Source: Pisciglobus halotolerans (GTDB lineage Bacteria; Bacillota; Bacilli; Lactobacillales; Carnobacteriaceae). Taken from it: a DNA stretch of 24,000 bases. Below the pieces are notes generated by a model, which saw only the letters and a list, made by a program, of their open reading frames with translations, did not search any database and was not told the DNA's origin. The first letter of the stretch is position 1. Every line of letters starts with the position of its first letter. Where the stretch lies: positions 1-24,000 of the forward strand of contig NZ_FOQE01000011.1 of the NCBI RefSeq assembly GCF_900113675.1. The letters run 5' to 3'. This document shows positions 18,533 through 24,000 of this stretch, in pieces. Made by a program: the position numbers and the translations under genes.

Positions 18533-18859
18533 ATGAATAAAGTAGTGGTTCATGTTGATCAACTGGCTAACTGGTCATTAGCTTTAGGAAATGTGCGTAA
18601 TTTAGTAAAAGGCATGGAACAACTGAAAGTAGAAGTTGTAGCAAATGCAGAAGCTGTTAAAGGATTTTTAGATGATACATCATTAGAAGATATGCGGCCA
18701 TTAGCTGAACAAGGCGTTCAGTTTGTTGCTTGTTCAACAGCAATGAAATCATACGACTTATCAGAAGAACAACTAGAGGACTTTATCAACACTGTACCCT
18801 CGGGCGTCGTAGAACTCGTTGAAAAACAAGCTGAAGACTATGCTTACCTCAAACCATAA
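18533..18859 (+). CDS. DsrE-like family small protein
   Basis: 108-aa ORF MNKVVVHVDQLANWSLALGNVRNLVKGM ... VQFVACSTAMKSYDLSEEQL, a DsrE/YchN-like pattern; RBS AAGG upstream. Confidence 0.75.
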   Translation: MNKVVVHVDQLANWSLALGNVRNLVKGMEQLKVEVVANAEAVKGFLDDTSLEDMRPLAEQGVQFVACSTAMKSYDLSEEQLEDFINTVPSGVVELVEKQAEDYAYLKP

Positions 18860-18864
18860 CAAAC

Positions 18865-19015
18865 AAAGGATGCGGAGCTAGGCCGATAGAGTCGACAGGA
18901 AAATGAAAAAGCGCGACACAGAGCATCCCGCGCATGTGAGCGACTTTTGAATTTTACCCGAGACTCTGCCTCGCGCAGCTCAACTAAAAGGATGCGGAGC
19001 TAGGCCGATAGAGTC
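18865..19015. repeat. GC-rich repeat unit with 29-bp exact direct repeats at both ends and an internal inverted arm
   Basis: AAAGGATGCGGAGCTAGGCCGATAGAGTC at 18865-18893 and again at 18987-19015. The arm GAGACTCTGCCTCGCGCAGCTC (about 18959-18980) is a partial reverse complement of it. Confidence 0.75.
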
Positions 19016-19027
19016 AACAAAAACAAC

Positions 19028-19063
19028 AAGCAAGAGTTGGTTTCAAAAAACTCTTGCTTTTTA
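19028..19063 (+). terminator. Rho-independent terminator before rpsB
   Basis: AAGCAAGAGTT ... AACTCTTGCTTTTT hairpin. Confidence 0.8.
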
Positions 19064-19082
19064 ACTGAACAACAAGTATAAT
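19054..19082 (+). promoter_or_regulatory. rpsB promoter, -35 embedded in the upstream terminator stem
   Basis: TTGCTT (19054-19059), 17-nt spacer, TATAAT (19077-19082). Confidence 0.65.
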
Positions 19083-19088
19083 ATTAAA

Positions 19089-19210
19089 CGGTGCTAAAAC
19101 ACCGAATATTTCACACCTCAAAGGATGTAAAGGTTGGTGCTTAGGCAAGTGCTTAAGTCTCCTTGCAGATGAATTTGGGGGAGGGATAAAATACAAACCA
19201 AATGGAGGAA
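19089..19210 (+). promoter_or_regulatory. Candidate structured 5' leader of rpsB
   Basis: About 130 nt untranslated, starting with a CGGTG-CTAAAA-CACCG hairpin, then GGTTGGTGCTTAGGCAAGTGCTTAAGTCTCCTTGC with GCAAG/CTTGC pairing. Confidence 0.45.
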
Positions 19211-19217
19211 ACAAATT

Positions 19218-20000
19218 ATGGCAGTCATTTCAATGAAACAATTGCTAGAAGCAGGAGTTCATTTTGGTCACCAGACTCGTCGCTGGAATCCAAAAATGAA
19301 ACGTTATATTTTTCAAGAAAGAAACGGTATCTACATCATTGATTTACAAAAAACCGTTAAGTTAGCAGATGCAGCTTACAACTACATGAGAGAAGTTGCT
19401 GAAGACGGTGGCGTTGTTTTATTCGTAGGAACGAAGAAACAAGCACAAGAAACAATCAAAGAAGAAGCAATCCGTTCAGGTCAATACTATGTTAACCATC
19501 GTTGGTTAGGTGGAACATTGACAAACTGGGATACTATTCAAAAACGTATCAAACGCTTGAAAGATATTGAAAAAATGGAAGAAGATGGAACATTTGATGT
19601 TCTACCTAAAAAAGAAGTAGGTCTATTGATCAAAGAACGTGACCGCTTAGAAAAATTCTTGGGCGGTATCAAAGATATGCCAAGAATCCCTGATGTGATG
19701 TTTGTTGTAGACCCTCGTAAAGAGCGTATTGCAATCCAAGAAGCTCACAAATTGAACATTCCAATCGTTGCAATGGTTGATACAAACTGTGACCCAGATG
19801 AAATCGATGTAATCATTCCATCAAATGATGATGCTATCCGTGCTGTTAAATTGATCACTTCAAAAATGGCTGATGCAATCATCGAAGGTAACCAAGGCGA
19901 AGATGAAGAAGTTTCTGAAGAGTCTTTTGAACAAAATGCAGAAACAGCTTCAGACTCAATGGAAGATATCGTTGAAGTAGTCGAAGGCGACAACGAGTAA
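19218..20000 (+). CDS. rpsB: 30S ribosomal protein S2
   Basis: 260-aa [35 protein letters not shown]; RBS GGAGG. Confidence 0.98.
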   Translation: MAVISMKQLLEAGVHFGHQTRRWNPKMKRYIFQERNGIYIIDLQKTVKLADAAYNYMREVAEDGGVVLFVGTKKQAQETIKEEAIRSGQYYVNHRWLGGTLTNWDTIQKRIKRLKDIEKMEEDGTFDVLPKKEVGLLIKERDRLEKFLGGIKDMPRIPDVMFVVDPRKERIAIQEAHKLNIPIVAMVDTNCDPDEIDVIIPSNDDAIRAVKLITSKMADAIIEGNQGEDEEVSEESFEQNAETASDSMEDIVEVVEGDNE

Positions 20001-20062
20001 AAAGTGAGCAGCTGATTTTAATAAAAGATCAGTTTGTCCTATAAAATTGAAAATTGATCAAA

Positions 20063-20142
20063 GGCTGTCTCGAGTAAACGGAGAAGTGAGAAGCGACTTT
20101 TTTACAAAGCGGCATCATTTCATATTTGAGACAGCTTTTTTT
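20063..20142 (+). terminator. Long-armed terminator/attenuator between rpsB and tsf
   Basis: GGCTGTCTCGAGTA (20063-20076) pairs with TATTTGAGACAGCT (20123-20136), followed by a T-run; the interior is about 46 nt. Confidence 0.65.
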
Positions 20143-20193
20143 AAAAGATAAATTTTTAACGAAACAATCATGAAATTAGGAGGAAGTATTAAG

Positions 20194-21075
20194 ATGGCAA
20201 AAGTAACAGCTGCATTAGTAAAAGAATTACGTGATATGACAGGCGTCGGCATGATGGATGCTAAAAAAGCATTGGTTGCTACAGATGGCGACATGGAAGC
20301 TGCCGTTGATCATTTAAGAGAAAAAGGAATGGCAAAAGCTGCTAAAAAAGCTGACCGTGTAGCGGCTGAAGGTTTAGCAGGTGTTGTAACTGAAGGAAAC
20401 GTTGCTGCTATCTCAGAAATCAACTCTGAAACAGACTTTGTTTCTAAAAATGCCCAATTCCAAAACTTAGTAAAAGATATTACAAAAACAATTGCTGAAA
20501 ATGATGTATCTTCTTTAGAAGAAGCTCAAAAATTAGGCCTGGGCGAAGGTACGATCGAATCTGAAATCATTTCAGCAACAACAACGATTGGAGAAAAAAT
20601 CAGCCTACGTCGTTTCGAACGCTTTGAAAAAACAGATAACGATGTATTTGGCACTTACATCCATATGGGTGGACGTATCGCTGTATTAGTCCAATTAGAA
20701 GGAACAGACAATGAAGAAGTAGCTCGTGATATCGCGATGCACGTTGCTGCAATCAATCCATTGTATGTCAGCCGTGATGAAGTACCTTCAGAAAAATTTG
20801 AACATGAAAAGAAAATTTTAACTGAACAATCATTAAACGAAGGCAAACCAGAGAAAATCGTTGAAAAAATGGTTATCGGTCGTTTAAACAAATGGTTAGG
20901 TGAAATCAGCTTAGTTGACCAACCATTTGTAAAAGATCCAGATCAAAAAGTTAGCGATTATCTAAAAGCCAATGGCGCTTCTGTTAAGAGATTTGTTCGT
21001 TATGAAGTCGGCGAAGGAATTGAAAAACGTGAAGAAAACTTTGCAGACGAAGTAATGAACCAAGTCAAAAAATAA
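20194..21075 (+). CDS. tsf: Elongation factor Ts
   Basis: [31 protein letters not shown] 20194 lies downstream of AGGAGG; the track start at 20170 is upstream of the SD. Confidence 0.97.
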   Translation: MAKVTAALVKELRDMTGVGMMDAKKALVATDGDMEAAVDHLREKGMAKAAKKADRVAAEGLAGVVTEGNVAAISEINSETDFVSKNAQFQNLVKDITKTIAENDVSSLEEAQKLGLGEGTIESEIISATTTIGEKISLRRFERFEKTDNDVFGTYIHMGGRIAVLVQLEGTDNEEVARDIAMHVAAINPLYVSRDEVPSEKFEHEKKILTEQSLNEGKPEKIVEKMVIGRLNKWLGEISLVDQPFVKDPDQKVSDYLKANGASVKRFVRYEVGEGIEKREENFADEVMNQVKK

Positions 21076-21092
21076 AGTTTAATGAAATCTGA

Positions 21093-21120
21093 AAGGGAGG
21101 CATCTTTGCTTCCCTTTTTT
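21093..21120 (+). terminator. Terminator after tsf
   Basis: GGGAGGC-ATCTTT-GCTTCCC followed by TTTTTT. Confidence 0.85.
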
Positions 21121-21201
21121 GCTGTTTAGCTACATAAAAAAGAAACCTTTGTTCATTTCGATGATTTTCAATGAAGTTTAAGGAAGAGTATGATAAAATA
21201 G

Positions 21202-22514
<1,313 letters not shown>

Positions 22515-22642
22515 TCCCATTATCCAAACAGATGAAGGTCTTTTTCAATAAGGAAAGATAGAGATAACAATATTTTAAGCAAACCCAAAAATATACATCC
22601 TTTACCGAAACGGCAGAAGTGTCTATGCTATAAAAAGAGTTG

Positions 22643-22677
22643 GAGCTGGGATCAACATTCCCAGCTCTTTCTTTTTG
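22643..22677 (+). terminator. Terminator after frr
   Basis: GAGCTGGGA-TCAACAT-TCCCAGCTC followed by TTTCTTTTT. Confidence 0.85.
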
Positions 22678-22944
22678 ATGTCACTGATTCAGCTATTTCA
22701 AAAGAAGGGGCTGTGGTCATTTAATGTCTATCCTCAAAAACTGTTTAGGATAAAAAAGATTCAGCTGAACGAGCAAAGCTACATATTTTCGAAAAAATAT
22801 AAGCAGCATTCTAGGATAGATCTAAAAAATGAAGCTTCCTTTACTTTACCTAAAATAAAATTTTCCTTAAATAAATAGGTTTTTAGTCAGCGATTTGCTA
22901 CAATAGTTTCAGTAAGTTCGAATGGAAGGACGGTATGTATTAAA

Positions 22945-23715
22945 GTGAAGGAGATCAATAACATAGAAAGCCGAACAGAGGATGCAAAAGAATATTTTGA
23001 TGCAACTGGGCTGATTCCTGAACACGTTGCTATCATCATGGATGGCAACGGACGTTGGGCTAAGAAAAGACAATTAAAGCGGTCAGCGGGCCATAAAGCG
23101 GGAATGGATCAGGTGAAAACAATCGCTAAACATGCCTCAAAGAGAGGCGTAAAAGTGCTGACGCTATATGCTTTCTCAACTGAAAATTGGAAAAGACCTT
23201 TAAATGAAGTCAATTATTTAATGCAATTACCTGTTGATTTCTTTAGCTCTTTCATGCCAGAGATCATGGAAGCTGACATTAAAGTGATGATGATCGGTCA
23301 TCCGTCTGATTTGCCTAAAAAAACGCGAAAAGTGATGGAAAAGGCAATAGAAGAAACAAAAGACAACAATGGAATGGTTTTAAACTTTGCAGTCAACTAT
23401 GGGGGACGCAAAGAGATTTTAGATGCTGTCAAAGAAATTGCGATCATGGTAGAAAAAGGCGCATTAAAAGCCGATAAAATCAATGAAAAAGTTTTTGAAG
23501 AACATTTGATGACTTCTTCGCTCAGTGAGCAGCAAAATGTTGATTTGATGATCCGGACAAGCGGAGAAGAAAGATTAAGCAACTTTTTGTTATGGCAAAA
23601 TGCTTATAGTGAATTTCATTTCTCTTCTCTTCTATGGCCAGATTTTGGTGAAGTTGACTTTGATGAAGCTTTAAGGATTTATCAAAAGCGAAACAGAAGA
23701 TTTGGCGGTTTGTAA
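22945..23715 (+). CDS. uppS: Isoprenyl transferase (undecaprenyl diphosphate synthase); start codon uncertain
   Basis: HVAIIMDGNGRWAKKR, YAFSTENW, MIRTSGEERLSNFLLWQ, E(F)HF and RRFGGL motifs. The GTG start at 22945 overlaps the best SD sequence. Confidence 0.93.
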   Translation: MKEINNIESRTEDAKEYFDATGLIPEHVAIIMDGNGRWAKKRQLKRSAGHKAGMDQVKTIAKHASKRGVKVLTLYAFSTENWKRPLNEVNYLMQLPVDFFSSFMPEIMEADIKVMMIGHPSDLPKKTRKVMEKAIEETKDNNGMVLNFAVNYGGRKEILDAVKEIAIMVEKGALKADKINEKVFEEHLMTSSLSEQQNVDLMIRTSGEERLSNFLLWQNAYSEFHFSSLLWPDFGEVDFDEALRIYQKRNRRFGGL

Positions 23716-23740
23716 GATAGGAAATGAGGAGGATATGTAA

Positions 23741-24000
23741 TTGAAACAAAGAGTGATCACAGCTCTTGTTATGGCTGCAATTTTTATACCGGTAGTCTAT
23801 GCAGGTTCATGGCTGTTAGAGATCGTCATGGTTCTATTAGCTATTGTCGGCTTATTTGAACTATATAGAATGAAAGAACAAAAATTATTTTCAGTAGAAG
23901 GGGTATTATCGATAGCAGCATTATTAGTGATGTTGCTGCCTGAATTTTTTGATCGTTTTTTACCTAAACAATTTACAACTGTTATGGTGGTCTATTTATT
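23741..24000 (+). CDS. cdsA: Phosphatidate cytidylyltransferase, N-terminal part truncated by the window end
   Basis: TTG start after GAGGAGG; MKQRVITALVMAAIFIPVVYAGSWLLEIVMVLLAIVGLFELYRM, typical CdsA N-terminus directly after uppS. Confidence 0.85.
   Translation, partial: MKQRVITALVMAAIFIPVVYAGSWLLEIVMVLLAIVGLFELYRMKEQKLFSVEGVLSIAALLVMLLPEFFDRFLPKQFTTVMVVYL

Noticed and set aside
18865-19015. CRISPR array
   Set aside because: Only two repeats, spaced 122 bp apart start to start, with no regular spacers or cas genes nearby.
22675-22878. 67-aa ORF between frr and uppS
   Set aside because: Starts within the frr terminator T-tract, has no clear RBS and a low-complexity sequence; likely spurious.

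Overview
This is an Enterococcus-like (low-GC Firmicutes) chromosomal window made up mostly of housekeeping genes. In order on the + strand unless noted: DUF1836 protein, DegV-family protein, recJ, apt, lexA (-), DUF896/YnzC-like protein, tkt, YneF-like protein, plsC-like acyltransferase (-), sbcD, sbcC, a SWIM/SNF2 helicase, a DsrE-like protein, rpsB, tsf, pyrH, frr, uppS and a truncated cdsA. The main observation is that recJ is split by a 778-nt group II intron without an ORF (about 2582..3359). It has a GUGCG 5' end, an exactly foldable 34-nt domain V, a domain VI with a bulged A 8 nt from an AU 3' end, and candidate EBS1/EBS2 pairings to the upstream exon. Exact excision restores the RecJ motif GDYDADGVTSTAV in frame, and the insertion splits the codon for the last Asp of the DYDAD catalytic motif. 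The intron encodes no maturase, so RecJ production would depend on autocatalytic or trans-assisted splicing. Secondary observations are two copies (137 and 99 bp) of a MITE-like palindromic element flanking recJ-apt, an inverted-repeat structure at the left edge, a GC-rich direct/inverted repeat unit before rpsB, a likely structured rpsB leader, an SOS box overlapping the lexA -35, and an uncertain uppS start codon. All calls come from reading the sequence; no database search or folding program was run.
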